Part shown: positions 1 through 10,232 of the stretch, piece after piece
Layout of the letters: every line of letters begins with the position of its first letter
Position numbering within the stretch: position 1 is the stretch's first letter
Assembly: GCA_027021705.1 (NCBI GenBank)
Contig: JALUTT010000049.1
Coordinates: 1-51,785, forward strand
Direction of reading: 5' to 3'
From: Anaerolineae bacterium
GTDB taxonomy: Bacteria; Chloroflexota; Anaerolineae; S140-20
Length of the DNA stretch: 51,785 nucleotides
Made by a program: the position numbers and the translations under genes
Notes under the pieces: generated by a model
What the model was told of the DNA's origin: nothing
The model's database searches: none
Seen by the model: the letters and a program-made list of their open reading frames with translations, nothing else

Positions 1-2459
1 GTGTTGGTCGCCGTCGGGGTGTTGGTGGCCGTGGGCGTGGGGGAGGCGGTGTTGGTGGGCGTGGGCGTCGGCGTGTCGGTGGGGGTTGGTGTCGGCGTTG
101 GGGTGTTGGTCGCCGTCGGCGTTGGTGTGGCCGTAGGTGTGGCCGTGGACGTTGGCGTCGGTGTGAGCGTCGGCATCGGCGGCGTGCCGAAGGCGCCATC
201 CGCCACCAGAGCGAAGGGCTGCGGGCCGTTGGGCACGTTGTAGCCCTGCACCTCCACCGTCCAGGTGCCGGCCATCGCCGCCTGCACGTAGACGTTCTCC
301 ACGTTGTTCGTCCGATCGGCGCTCCCGCCCGTCTGCGACCAGCCGCCGCTGAAGACGTTGCCCAGGTAGGTCGTCCCGTCAGGGGCCGTCACCACCAGGT
401 CCAGGTCGTTGACCAGGTTGGTCGCTGCCGACTCTGTGGACGGGTAGTCGCTCCAGACTAGGGTGACCTTGAAGGGGGTGCCACCGATGCCGATGTTGAA
501 GGCGTAGGTAGCCACCTCTCCTGTTTGGAGGCCCGTCGTCTCATCCACGGACTGGGCAGTGCCGTCGGTGGCGTTGGCGACGTTCACCCGCCCCCACCCC
601 TCGTGGTTGTTGGGGATGGGGTAGGCGTTGTCGTTCACGCCGTCGTTGTTCTCGTCCAGCATATCCTCGGCCGAGTTGATCAGGGTCGCCTTGACCAGGG
701 CGGCGCTGGCGCTGTGGCTGTAGGCTTTCTCGTAGAAGTCCCGCACGACGGCGGCCGCGCCGGCGGCCAGAGGGTTGGCCATCGAAGTGCCGCCCATGTA
801 CTTGTAGTAGGAGTCGAGGGGGAAGCCCCAGCCGTCGTACTGCCACCGGCCGTTCTGGGGGTTGGGTGAGGAGTCGTACCCCTCCTGGTAGAGGTCAGAG
901 TAGCCCGAGAGCACCCAGGTCCCCGGAGCGACGACGTCGGGCTTGATGCGGCCATCGTCGGTGGGGCCTCGGCTGGAGAAGGCGGCCATCTGCTCGGCGT
1001 TGCCGGCTGTGTTGTCGCTGGCGAGGGGATCGGTGGGGAAATCGTCGGGCCAGACCTCGCCGTAGGTCATCGTGTTGTTCATTCCACCCAGGCTCTGGCA
1101 ACTGTCGCCATCGGCGTTGGTGTAGGTGAGGTTGGCGTCGCACTCGTAGTGGCCCTGGCGGTCGTTCTCGCTGGCGCCGACGGTGAGGACGTTCTTGGCC
1201 GTAGCCGGCGAGCCCGTCGAGTCCTCGTCCACCACGCCGTCGCTGTTGGCGTCGGTGCCGGCGTTGCCGGCGGCGAAGGTGATCAGCATATCGGGGTGGT
1301 TCCAGATGAAGTCATCGGCGTTGGCGCTGTCCGTGGTGTACGCGCCCGGGTCTTCGCCGTTCCCCCAGGAGTTGGCGTGGATACGGGCGCCAGCGTCGTA
1401 GGCCTGTTGGAAGAGCTGACGGATGTCCTCAGGGATGCCGATCAGGTAGTAGCCGTCGTCGTATAGGAGGGCGCAGATGCCGGTGAAGTCCACGTAATCC
1501 TCGACGGCCTGGAAGACGAGGTGGGCTGCCGGGGCGGTGCCCTTCCCCTCACCGCCGGGACCGCCGTCTCCCAGCACCGAGAGGGTAACGTGGGTGCCAT
1601 GGCCGCTGTCCACATCCTGGGCTCCGTCGTGGACCACGGTGTAGCAGCCGGGGTCGTCGGGAGCCTGCCAGTCGTAGATGGCGACGATGCGGCCGGCAGG
1701 GATGTCCCGGTGAGCGCCAGAGGCGGTGCCGTCCCCCAGACCCGTGTCGGCGACACCGACGATCTGGGTGGAGCCGTCGTAGCCGTTGGCGTTGGCCACG
1801 TCGGCGCCCATAATGATGCCGGCGCCGTACTCGTTCAGCTTCTTGCGCAGTCGGAAGTTCTCGATCCAAGCCACATCGGGCACCTGGGCGATGGTCTCCA
1901 GCAGAGCGGCGTCGGAGACAATGAGCAAGAGGTCCCCTTGGCGGGAGAGGACGGTGACGCCCAGGCGGGCGAGGGTCGAGGTGACCAGATCGGCGTCCGC
2001 GCCCTGTTCCACCCGCACCCGGTAGAGCCGCGTGCCCTCCCGAACCAGGGAGGGGCTGAGCTTGTAGGCCGGATGGAAGAGCCCCACCCAAGCTACGGTG
2101 GGCAGTCGGCCCACCTGCCGAGCTTGGGCCGGCGTCATACGGACCTTGAAGGCGAAGTCGGGGATGTAGGCCAGGAACTCGGCGCCCAGGGCGGCGACCT
2201 GGGCCTTCCAGGCCGGTCGCACCGGCCCCTGGAACTGGATGATGTAGTAGCCCGGCCGGCCCTCAGGATAGCCCGTGATGGTCAGGCGGGCGGGCAAGGC
2301 AGGGCTTTCGCCCCGCCCGGGCACGAAGGTGGCAACCTTGAGCCGGATGGGGGCCGGCGGGGGTGTGGATGGTGTGGCCGGCTGGGCTAGGGGAAGGCTG
2401 AGCAAGGTGCTGGTCAGGAGGGAAAGGATCAGGGAGAGATAGAAGAAAAGACGGCTCAT
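1..2459 (-). CDS. Secreted S8 (subtilisin, KP-43-like) serine peptidase with C-terminal beta-sandwich domain and Pro/Thr-rich linker; 3' end runs off the window
   Basis: Manual minus-strand translation (absent from the ORF track because no stop lies inside the window). Signal peptide [15 protein letters not shown]; triad motifs [23 protein letters not shown]; also FAAGN and [26 protein letters not shown] repeats at the edge. Confidence 0.93.
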   Translation of the reverse strand, partial: MSRLFFYLSLILSLLTSTLLSLPLAQPATPSTPPPAPIRLKVATFVPGRGESPALPARLTITGYPEGRPGYYIIQFQGPVRPAWKAQVAALGAEFLAYIPDFAFKVRMTPAQARQVGRLPTVAWVGLFHPAYKLSPSLVREGTRLYRVRVEQGADADLVTSTLARLGVTVLSRQGDLLLIVSDAALLETIAQVPDVAWIENFRLRKKLNEYGAGIIMGADVANANGYDGSTQIVGVADTGLGDGTASGAHRDIPAGRIVAIYDWQAPDDPGCYTVVHDGAQDVDSGHGTHVTLSVLGDGGPGGEGKGTAPAAHLVFQAVEDYVDFTGICALLYDDGYYLIGIPEDIRQLFQQAYDAGARIHANSWGNGEDPGAYTTDSANADDFIWNHPDMLITFAAGNAGTDANSDGVVDEDSTGSPATAKNVLTVGASENDRQGHYECDANLTYTNADGDSCQSLGGMNNTMTYGEVWPDDFPTDPLASDNTAGNAEQMAAFSSRGPTDDGRIKPDVVAPGTWVLSGYSDLYQEGYDSSPNPQNGRWQYDGWGFPLDSYYKYMGGTSMANPLAAGAAAVVRDFYEKAYSHSASAALVKATLINSAEDMLDENNDGVNDNAYPIPNNHEGWGRVNVANATDGTAQSVDETTGLQTGEVATYAFNIGIGGTPFKVTLVWSDYPSTESAATNLVNDLDLVVTAPDGTTYLGNVFSGGWSQTGGSADRTNNVENVYVQAAMAGTWTVEVQGYNVPNGPQPFALVADGAFGTPPMPTLTPTPTSTATPTATPTPTATNTPTPTPTPTDTPTPTPTNTASPTPTATNTPTATN

Positions 2460-2631
2460 CGCTTTACCCTCTCAACACCGTTCATCGGGCCGTTCGGTGG
2501 CCTCCAGGAAGGGATGGCTTCTGCAAGTCGCCCTGGCGGGCAAAACGCCTCATCGGGGACCTCGGAGGTCTAAATTATGGCACAGAATCCTTGGGAGGAT
2601 GTTGGAAAAAGGGGAGAAAAAGGTTAGAAGT

Positions 2632-2973
2632 TCAGTCGTCGGTGGAGGGGGCGTCGGTTTGGGGGGGCTTGTCGGCGAAGTGCTGGCTCCAGCGGAGCAT
2701 CCTGCGCCAGTAGGCGGCGAAGGTGTCTCGCCCCAGGTTGGTGAGGGAGATGAGGGTGCGCTTTCGCGAGCCGACCGGCACCTTGCGGGTGAAGATAAAG
2801 CCGGCTTCCTCTAGAACGCGCAGGTGGCTGACCAGGTTGCCCTTGGTCAGCCCTGTCTGCCGGAGCAGGAAGCTGAACTCGGCCTCGTCCACTTCGGCCA
2901 GCACGGCCATGATGGCCAGGCGGGCCGGCTCGTGCACCAGCCGGTCCAGGCGGGCCAGGTCCTTAGCGAGCAT
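2632..2973 (-). CDS. Winged-helix transcriptional regulator (ArsR/MarR-like, HTH_34 type)
   Basis: LDRLVHEPARLAIMAVL...GLTKGNLVSHLRVLEEAGFI signature; overlaps the upstream membrane gene. Confidence 0.9.
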   Translation of the reverse strand: MLAKDLARLDRLVHEPARLAIMAVLAEVDEAEFSFLLRQTGLTKGNLVSHLRVLEEAGFIFTRKVPVGSRKRTLISLTNLGRDTFAAYWRRMLRWSQHFADKPPQTDAPSTDD

Positions 2974-3619
2974 CGGCCTGCTCCCGTTGGAAGCGGTGCC
3001 ATTCCCATCGGCCCCAGAGGGCAGTCACAAGCTCGACCAGGGCCAGGGAGGGGAGGAGGAGCCAGGACGCTTGAGGGGCGGGCATTCTCATCAGCAGGCT
3101 CCAGACCAGCAGACATCCAACGCCCTGCACGGCGTACCGCTCCACCCGGGTCTCCCAGGCGGCGATGAGCTGGTGGCTTCCCAGCCAGAAGGGGATGATC
3201 AGGGCGTGGCGGTCGAGTCTTCCCAGGAGGGCGTGGACGGCCAAGGTGAAGGCGAGGGTTCCGAAGGCGAGGGCGAAGGCACGGAGGGAGAAGTCAGGCC
3301 GCGGTGTGGGCCAGGTCTCCAGGTGAAGGGCGCGGCGCAACCGGCGGTGGATGGCGCGGGTCAGGAGCGCGGCCAGACCGATGAGCAAGGCTATCCCCAA
3401 CCAGAAGAGGGGGATCCAATCACCGCTCACCGTATCGGGTATTGGGAGCCGGCGGAGGAGCCAGAAGAGGAGAGTCACGAGCAGGAGAGGGGGCACCACA
3501 CTCAGATGGATAGGCCATTGGCTCAGGTGGGCCAGACGGCGGGTGTGTCGGCGAAGCCTCAGGGCCTTCTTCACCGTTTCGGGCTCTGGGGAGCGGTCGC
3601 CTTGGTCGGTCACGGCCAT
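2963..3619 (-). CDS. Multi-pass membrane protein, co-transcribed with the regulator
   Basis: Several hydrophobic segments; start placed at ATG 3619, downstream of a consensus promoter and a purine-rich SD-like sequence. Confidence 0.65.
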   Translation of the reverse strand: MAVTDQGDRSPEPETVKKALRLRRHTRRLAHLSQWPIHLSVVPPLLLVTLLFWLLRRLPIPDTVSGDWIPLFWLGIALLIGLAALLTRAIHRRLRRALHLETWPTPRPDFSLRAFALAFGTLAFTLAVHALLGRLDRHALIIPFWLGSHQLIAAWETRVERYAVQGVGCLLVWSLLMRMPAPQASWLLLPSLALVELVTALWGRWEWHRFQREQADAR

Positions 3620-3644
3620 CGCCTCTCTCTGGGAACCTTCCCTT

Positions 3645-3691
3645 TGGTTTGTGGCACAAACCATTATAGCACAAGGGCGCCCTTGTGTCAA
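3645..3691 (-). promoter_or_regulatory. Consensus sigma70 promoter with two palindromes (probable operators)
   Basis: TTGACA (3691-3686), 17 bp, TATAAT (3668-3663); perfect 18-bp palindrome CACAAGGGCGCCCTTGTG 3670-3687; inverted repeat TGGTTTGTG-G-CACAAACCA 3645-3663. Confidence 0.85.
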
Positions 3692-3980
3692 CACTTCTGA
3701 ACCGCTGATTGCTGAGGGCGATGAGGCTACTGAAACCTCAGCGCCTTCTTTCCTTCAGAGCCTCAGCGATTCAAACCTGTTGGGGAAGCGAGCGTATCAA
3801 GTCCTTTCGGATACGGTTGTTGATGCTCTTCCCGCGCCTTTTGGAAGTGCCGGGCCCCCGGCGGGGCGGACGCCGCGCCGGGGGCCGATGGCTTCTCTTT
3901 GCGCCGGCCTGAGCGTTGCCGGGCCTTTGGAGGTAACTCAGAATGATGTCCCAAACTCGTGACGGTCGCCGGGCTCGAGG

Positions 3981-4008
3981 TTGCGAACAGGCCGAATGCT
4001 GGTATAAT
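3981..4008 (+). promoter_or_regulatory. Sigma70-type promoter upstream of the polX leader
   Basis: TTGCGA (3981-3986), 16 bp, TATAAT (4003-4008) with extended TG. Confidence 0.6.
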
Positions 4009-4084
4009 GCTACTCGGTGCTCCAGGCAGGGCCCAGACCTGCTCGACCTGCCGGATCACGGACCCGCCGGGAGCGATTGAAGAG

Positions 4085-4260
4085 CCTTCCCATAGCCGTA
4101 GACCGTTCGCCCGTTGACTCGTCGTATCTATTCAGCCTACCCTCCCGTAGGTCACCGGTCGAGGGCGTTTTCAGCCCCGATGGGCTATTGGAAGCACGGT
4201 TTCGCGTCGGAAACGCGCCTAACCTGCGGGAGGGTGAACAGTTACGATTCGTCAACCCGT
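4085..4260. ncRNA. Candidate structured RNA or leader (long imperfect hairpin)
   Basis: ACCCTCCCGTAGGT (~4139-4152) pairs with ACCTGCGGGAGGGT (~4222-4235); GTTGAC..TCGTA pairs with TACGA..GTCAAC. Family not recognised. Confidence 0.35.
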
Positions 4261-4276
4261 TGACCTGCCGACCTCG

Positions 4277-5989
4277 ATGGACAACCGCGAGATTGCCCGT
4301 ATCTTCCAGCAGATCGCCGACATCTTGGCCATCCAGGGGGCCAACCCCCATCGCGTCTTCGCCTACCGGCGGGCGGCCGAGACCATCGCCCACCTGGAGC
4401 GGGACCTGGCCGACCTCTGGCGCGAGGGGACGTTGACCCAGGTCCCCGGCATCGGCAAGACGCTGGCCGAGAAGATCGAGGAGCTCCTGACGACGGGACG
4501 GCTCGCCACCTACGAGCGGCTGAAGCAGGAGGTCCCCCCCGGCGTCGTCGAGATGCTCCAGATCCCCGACGTGGGGCCGAAGACGGCTGCCCGCCTCTGG
4601 AAGGAGCTGGGCGTGACCTCCATCGAGGAGCTGGAGGCCGCCGCCCGCGCCGGCCGCGTCCGCACCCTGCCCCGGATGGGCGCCCGCACCGAGGAGCGGA
4701 TCCTGGCCGGTATCGAGGCCCTGCGCCGCCAGCAGAAGCGCATCCCCTTCAGCGTGGCTTGGCCCCTGGCCCAGCAGATGTTGGACGCCCTCCGGTGGCT
4801 GCCCGGCGTCCGCCACGCGCTCCCCGCCGGCAGCCTCCGCCGGATGCGCGACACCGTGGGCGACCTGGACCTCCTCGTCGCGGCCGACGACCCGGAGCCG
4901 GTGATGGCCCGCTTTCGCCAGCTCCCCCAGGTCGCCGAAGTCCTCCTCAGCGGCCCCACCAGGACCTCCATCCGCACCTCGGACGGGGTGCAGGTGGACC
5001 TGCGGGTCCTGCCGCCGGACCGCTGGGGCACCGGCCTTCAGTACTTCACCGGTAGCCAGGCCCACAACATTCACCTGCGGGAGATCGCCCTGGAGCAGGG
5101 CTACAGCCTCAGCGAGTACGCCCTGAAGCGGAGGGACGGCCAGGAGATCCTCTGTGCCGACGAAGAAGCGGTCTACCACCACCTGGGGTTGCCCTGGATC
5201 CCTCCGGAGCTGCGGGAGGACCGGGGGGAGATCGAGGCGGCCCGGCAGGGAACCCTGCCCCGCCTGGTGGAATTGACCGACCTCCAGGGGGACCTCCAAA
5301 TGCACACCACCTGGTCCGATGGCCGCAACACCATCGCCCAGATGGCCGAGGCCGCCCGCGCCCGGGGCCTGCGCTACATCCTCATCACCGACCACAGCTA
5401 CGGCATCGGGGCGGTGCGGGGGCTTCGGGCCGAGGACCTGCGGGCCCAGCGGGCCGAGATCGAGGCGGTCAACGCCCGTTACGACGACTTCCGCATCCTG
5501 GCCGGCATCGAGGTGGAGATCCGCGCCGACGGCTCCCTCGATTTCCCCGACGAGGTGCTGGCAGAACTGGACATCGTCGTCGCCTCCCTCCACAGCGGGC
5601 TGCGCACGGGCCGGGAGCGCACCACCCGGCGGATGCTGGCCGCCATCCGCAACCCCCACGTGGACATCATCGCCCATCCCACGGGCCGCCTCCTGGGCCG
5701 GCGCGAGGGGGCGGACCTGGATATGGAAGCGATCCTCCAAGCCGCCGCCGAGACGGGGACCGTCATCGAGGTCAACAGCTACCCGGAGCGGCTGGACCTG
5801 CCCGACCGCTACGTGCGGCGGGCGGTGGAGCTGGGCGTCAAGCTGGCCATCAGCTCCGATGCCCACGACATCCACGGCTTCGACTTCCTCGCCTTTGGCG
5901 TGGCCGTGGCCCGCCGAGGTTGGGCGACACCGGACGACGTGATCAACACTTGGGACCTGGATGAGGTATTGGCGTGGATCAACCGATGA
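4277..5989 (+). CDS. polX: DNA polymerase X / PHP-domain 3'-5' exonuclease
   Basis: HhH motifs (VPGIGK), AGSLRR..GDLDLLV, YFTGSQAHN, PPELRED, PHP motifs MHTTWSDG, ITDH, SSDAH. Confidence 0.96.
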   Translation: MDNREIARIFQQIADILAIQGANPHRVFAYRRAAETIAHLERDLADLWREGTLTQVPGIGKTLAEKIEELLTTGRLATYERLKQEVPPGVVEMLQIPDVGPKTAARLWKELGVTSIEELEAAARAGRVRTLPRMGARTEERILAGIEALRRQQKRIPFSVAWPLAQQMLDALRWLPGVRHALPAGSLRRMRDTVGDLDLLVAADDPEPVMARFRQLPQVAEVLLSGPTRTSIRTSDGVQVDLRVLPPDRWGTGLQYFTGSQAHNIHLREIALEQGYSLSEYALKRRDGQEILCADEEAVYHHLGLPWIPPELREDRGEIEAARQGTLPRLVELTDLQGDLQMHTTWSDGRNTIAQMAEAARARGLRYILITDHSYGIGAVRGLRAEDLRAQRAEIEAVNARYDDFRILAGIEVEIRADGSLDFPDEVLAELDIVVASLHSGLRTGRERTTRRMLAAIRNPHVDIIAHPTGRLLGRREGADLDMEAILQAAAETGTVIEVNSYPERLDLPDRYVRRAVELGVKLAISSDAHDIHGFDFLAFGVAVARRGWATPDDVINTWDLDEVLAWINR

Positions 5990-8900
5990 GACGTCTCGGC
6001 CTGGGGCTGGGCCTCGCTCTTCTGGCCTGGCTCTCTCTCTTCACCCTGTTGAGTCGCTTCTCCGCGCCGGTGGAAGCGTCTCCTACCCTGTCTTCCGAGA
6101 TGGCCGTCTCCCGATCCCAATCGCCTGACCCGCAGGCCCCGCCCTCCCTCTGCTTCTGGCGGGATGGCGAGCCCTTCTGCCGTCCGGTGGTGCGGGCCGC
6201 CGGCACCGCATCCCCCACCGTCTGGGCGATGCTGGATGCCCTCTTGGCCGGCCCCTCCCCCCAGGAGCAGGCCCAGGGGATCGTCACCGCCATCCCCGCT
6301 GGGACCCGGCTGGAGGGGCTGGCCCGCCGGGGGGATGTCATCACCCTCTACCTGCGGCTGGAGGCCCCTGACCAACTGGACTTCGAGACGGTGGAAGCGA
6401 CCGTCGAGCAGATCGCCCGGACCCTGGACTCCTTGGGCTACGACCACGTCCGCCTCCTGGCCCGGCCCCCCGATGGGGCGTGGAGGCCCCTTTCCGCCTA
6501 CCTCCCGCCGCTGCCCCTGCCGCGCAAGCCCCTGGGGGATGGGGCGGCCCTGGGGACCGCTTCCCTGGGCCAGCCCCCCGCCGAGGGCCGCCGTCAGGCC
6601 AGCGGGGGCCTCAGCGGGAAGACGGTCTACGTCAGCGCCGGCCACGGCTGGCTCTGGAACGGCAGCGCCTGGCGAACCCAGCGCCCGCCCTATCAGCAGA
6701 TCATCGAGGACCACAACAACGCCGAGGTGGTCAACCAGTTCCTGCTCCGTTACCTGTGGAACGCCGGCGCCGACGTCTGGCCGGTGCGGGAGCGGGATAT
6801 GCACGCCGTCGCCGTCGTCGCCGACGATGCCGACGCCGGCTTCCGCACCGTCGGCACCTGGACGACGGTCAGCAGCGGGGGCTACGGGGGGGGCTACCGG
6901 ACGGCCACCGCCCAGGCCACCGCCTCCCTCACCGCCACCTGGACCTTCACCCTGCCCGAGAGCGGGGTCTACGCCCTTTACGTCTGGTATCGCGCCGGGG
7001 CCGACCGAGTCCCCGACGCCCGGTACGCCGTCCACCATGCCGGCGGCGTCACCACCGTCTCCGTGGACCAGCGGGTTCACGGCTCGACCTGGCGCTACGT
7101 GGGCACCTTCCCCTTCCGGGCCGGGCAGCCGGCCACCGTCACCCTGAGCAACGGGTCGGCCCAGCCCGGGGCCGTTGTCGTCGCCGACGCCATGCGCGTC
7201 GGGGGAGGCACCTTCGACGACCTGACCGGCATCGAGACCTCGGCCACCTACCCGCCCGACAAGCCCTGGTGGGAGATGGGGGCCTACTACTACGTCCAGC
7301 ACCAGGGGCTGGACCCCAATGACTGGCCCTACTTCAACGACGTCGTCGCCCGCCCGATGTACGCCCGCTGGGAGCACGCCGACACGGGCGAGGAGGCCGT
7401 CTACATCGCCTGGCACACCAACGGCTACAACGGCGACAACACCCTCTACCGGGGGACCGAGAGCTACATCCACAGCTTCCAGCCGGTGACCGGTTCCGAC
7501 CGGCTCCAGTACTGGGTGCACCAGGAGTTGGTCCGCGACATTCGGCTGGGCTGGGACCCCGCTTGGACCGACCGGGGGATGAAGAGCAAGGACCTGGGGG
7601 AGCTGCGGGAGCTGTGGGATGCACGGGGACCGGCCTACAGCATCCCCGGCGTCCTCTTGGAGATCGCCTACCACGACAACGAAGCCGATGCCAACGCCCT
7701 CAAGGATCCCCGCTTCGCCCTCCTGGCCGCCCGTGCCGTCTATCAGGGGATCGTCAAGTACTTCGAGGAGAAGGAGGGCGTGGACCTGACGTTGCTGCCG
7801 GAGCCGCCGACCCACCTGGTGGCCCGCAACAGCGGCGTGGGCCAGGTGACGCTGAGCTGGCGTCCCCCGCCGACGGACACGGCGGGGTTGCTGGGCGACC
7901 CGGCCACCGGCTACCGCCTCTACGTGGGCAGCCTGGCCGATGGGGATGGCTCCCTCGTGGCCTGGGGGGATGCCATCCCGGTCACGACGACCTCCTACAC
8001 GCTGACCGGCCTGGAGGCCGACCGTCTCTACTTCTTCAAAGTGACGGCGACCAACGCCGGGGGCGAGTCCTTCCCCACGCCGGTGCTGGCCGTGCGCACC
8101 AGCCCGACCGGGGAAGCGGCCTACCTCCTCGTTCAGGGCTTCGACCGCATTGACCGCTTCGCCCTCCTGCCGGAACAGGACCCGGTCGAGGGGGACAACC
8201 TGCGGATGTTCCTGGGGCGGATGAACGGCTACGACACCATCATCGCCCACGCCGTCGCCCTGACCCGCGCCTTCGACAGCGCCCTCAACGAGGCGGTGGC
8301 CGACGGCGATCTCTCCCTGGGGCTCTACCCGGTGGTGGATTGGATCCTGGGGGAGGAGTCCACGGTGGACCGGACGCTGGACGGCGCCGAACAGTCGGCT
8401 CTGACCGCCTTTCTGGATGGGGGCGGGGCTCTCTTCCTCAGTGGCAGTGAGGTGGGCTGGGACCTGGAGGCGAGCGGCAACGGACAGGATTTCTACCGGA
8501 ACTACCTACGGGCCGGCTACGTGGGCGACGACGCGGGCACCTACGCCGTCCTGCCCACGGCGGGGGGCATCTTCGCCGGGATGGGGGGCTTCCGCTTCGA
8601 CGAGCCGACGGCCTACGACGCCGATTTTCCCGACCAACTCAGCGCCCTCAACGGCAGCACGGCCGCCCTCACCTACGACGGGGGGAACGGCGGCGTGGCG
8701 GCCCTCCAGTACGCCGACGGCTGCCAGCGGCTGGTCTACTTCGGCTTCCCCTTCGAGACCATTGCCGGGGCTGCGACGCGGGCGACGGTGATGGCCCGGG
8801 TGATGGATTTCCTGGATGCGTGCGTCAGTCAGGCTCCCCAGACGGCCATCACCTCGCCGGTCAGCGGCCTGGCGACCAACCGCCCCCCCACCTTCGGCGG

Positions 8901-10020
8901 GACGGCCCTGGCGGTCAACGGGCTCCAGCGGGTGGAGGTCCAGGTCCGCTACGAGGGGCCGGCTCGATGCGACGGCGGCACCCTGGGCACGCTGGACCCG
9001 CCTTGCGCCTGGGATGGTTCCCGCTGGGTGACCGGGACGGTCTGGCTGACGGCCACCGGCACCGCTGCCTGGTCCTACCCGCTGACGATGGCCCTGCCCG
9101 ACGGGAATTACCGGCTCCAGGCGCGGGCCTGGGACAGCACGGGGCTCTCGGACACCTCGCCGGCCCAGGTCGCCTTCGTCTACGACACCATCTCCCCAAC
9201 GGCCGTCACGCTCATCACGCCCACGGGGGGGATCACCGTCTCGGGGGAGGCGGTCGTCTTCCGCTGGACCGAGCCCGTCTCCGACACGGGCAGCCCCCTC
9301 CGCTACCGGCTGGAGGTGGACGGCCAAGGGGTGACGACGACGGCGACCGCCTACACGATGACGCTGCTGCCGGGGGACCACCGCTGGCGGGTGCAGGCCC
9401 TGGACGCGGCGGGCAACCGCGCCCCCTGGTCGTCGGAGGCCAGCTTCGTCGTCGGCGCGTCTTCCGTCTACCTGCCCTTGGTGCTGCGCGACTATCCCGA
9501 CCCTTCCGCCAACGCTGCTTGTCAGGACCTGATCCTCAACGGGGGCTTTGAGACCGATGAGGGCTGGCTCATCAACGACACAACCTATCCGGCCACCTAC
9601 ACCCTGGCTCTGGTCCACAGCGGTAGCCGGGCGATGCAGATAGGCGTTCCGGCAGGGGGGGACGACCCGGCCGGCACCACCTACTCGTCGGTGGACCAGA
9701 CGGTTCCACTCCCGGCCACCTGCGGTTCGTCGGCTCCGTGCACCATCACGCTCCACTACTGGGCCTACCTCACCACCCAGGACGACGCCGGTGACCTCCA
9801 GTACGTCATCGTCGTGGACCTGCTGGGTGGAGAGGGAAACTGGAGCTTCGTGCAGACGGAGGTGACCGACTCGGGCGGCTGGGTGGAGCGGACCGTGGAC
9901 CTCTCCGCCTACGCGGGCAAGACCATCGCCCTCCGTTTCGGCGTCAAGAACGACGGGGATGGGCGGCCCACGGGGATGGTGGTAGACGACGTGAGCCTGG
10001 AGGCCTGTGGTCGGGAATAG
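5986..10020 (+). CDS. Secreted multidomain N-acetylmuramoyl-L-alanine amidase (GerMN + Amidase_3 with golvesin/xanthan-lyase-like insert + FN3 + Ig-like domains)
   Basis: Signal peptide; GerMN-like ALLAGPSPQEQAQGIVTAIP; amidase ligands SAGHG, IIEDHNN, AWHTN, LLEIAYHDN; FN3 (LSW...YFFKVTATNAGGES); VYLPLVLR motif; ATGA overlap with polX. Confidence 0.8.
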   Translation: MRRLGLGLGLALLAWLSLFTLLSRFSAPVEASPTLSSEMAVSRSQSPDPQAPPSLCFWRDGEPFCRPVVRAAGTASPTVWAMLDALLAGPSPQEQAQGIVTAIPAGTRLEGLARRGDVITLYLRLEAPDQLDFETVEATVEQIARTLDSLGYDHVRLLARPPDGAWRPLSAYLPPLPLPRKPLGDGAALGTASLGQPPAEGRRQASGGLSGKTVYVSAGHGWLWNGSAWRTQRPPYQQIIEDHNNAEVVNQFLLRYLWNAGADVWPVRERDMHAVAVVADDADAGFRTVGTWTTVSSGGYGGGYRTATAQATASLTATWTFTLPESGVYALYVWYRAGADRVPDARYAVHHAGGVTTVSVDQRVHGSTWRYVGTFPFRAGQPATVTLSNGSAQPGAVVVADAMRVGGGTFDDLTGIETSATYPPDKPWWEMGAYYYVQHQGLDPNDWPYFNDVVARPMYARWEHADTGEEAVYIAWHTNGYNGDNTLYRGTESYIHSFQPVTGSDRLQYWVHQELVRDIRLGWDPAWTDRGMKSKDLGELRELWDARGPAYSIPGVLLEIAYHDNEADANALKDPRFALLAARAVYQGIVKYFEEKEGVDLTLLPEPPTHLVARNSGVGQVTLSWRPPPTDTAGLLGDPATGYRLYVGSLADGDGSLVAWGDAIPVTTTSYTLTGLEADRLYFFKVTATNAGGESFPTPVLAVRTSPTGEAAYLLVQGFDRIDRFALLPEQDPVEGDNLRMFLGRMNGYDTIIAHAVALTRAFDSALNEAVADGDLSLGLYPVVDWILGEESTVDRTLDGAEQSALTAFLDGGGALFLSGSEVGWDLEASGNGQDFYRNYLRAGYVGDDAGTYAVLPTAGGIFAGMGGFRFDEPTAYDADFPDQLSALNGSTAALTYDGGNGGVAALQYADGCQRLVYFGFPFETIAGAATRATVMARVMDFLDACVSQAPQTAITSPVSGLATNRPPTFGGTALAVNGLQRVEVQVRYEGPARCDGGTLGTLDPPCAWDGSRWVTGTVWLTATGTAAWSYPLTMALPDGNYRLQARAWDSTGLSDTSPAQVAFVYDTISPTAVTLITPTGGITVSGEAVVFRWTEPVSDTGSPLRYRLEVDGQGVTTTATAYTMTLLPGDHRWRVQALDAAGNRAPWSSEASFVVGASSVYLPLVLRDYPDPSANAACQDLILNGGFETDEGWLINDTTYPATYTLALVHSGSRAMQIGVPAGGDDPAGTTYSSVDQTVPLPATCGSSAPCTITLHYWAYLTTQDDAGDLQYVIVVDLLGGEGNWSFVQTEVTDSGGWVERTVDLSAYAGKTIALRFGVKNDGDGRPTGMVVDDVSLEACGRE

Positions 10021-10200
10021 TCGGGTGGTCGGGTAGTCCTTGGTCCTGAGTCCTCAGTCCTGAGCCCGTCCGCTTGATCTGTTTCCCGGTCCGTTGACCG
10101 CTCTCCGTTGAACTTATTGCCTCATTGTCTTATTGCCTTGTTGCCTCGTTAACTCGTTAACCCGTCAACTCGCTAACTCACACCAACCTGCCAATCCGCT
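10021..10200. repeat. Short tandem 7-8-mer repeats
   Basis: CCTGAGT/CCTCAGT, TTATTGCC-type and CTCGTTAA-type runs. Confidence 0.6.
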
Positions 10201-10232
10201 CCGCAAGCGACGATTGCTAAGGAGGAACCGCT

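Noticed and set aside
3700..3965. Small ORFs or an element between the divergent promoters
   Set aside because: No SD or motif support; only short GCTGAGG/CCTCAGC hairpins.
4085..4260. tRNA, tmRNA, SRP RNA or HEARO/omegaRNA
   Set aside because: None of the hallmark sequence motifs recognised; kept only as an unassigned structured region.
4010..8250. Long antisense ORFs (4010-5875, 5809-8250; likewise 35586-38036, 37195-39519, 44736-47849)
   Set aside because: Shadow frames of real genes in high-GC DNA, with no recognisable motifs.
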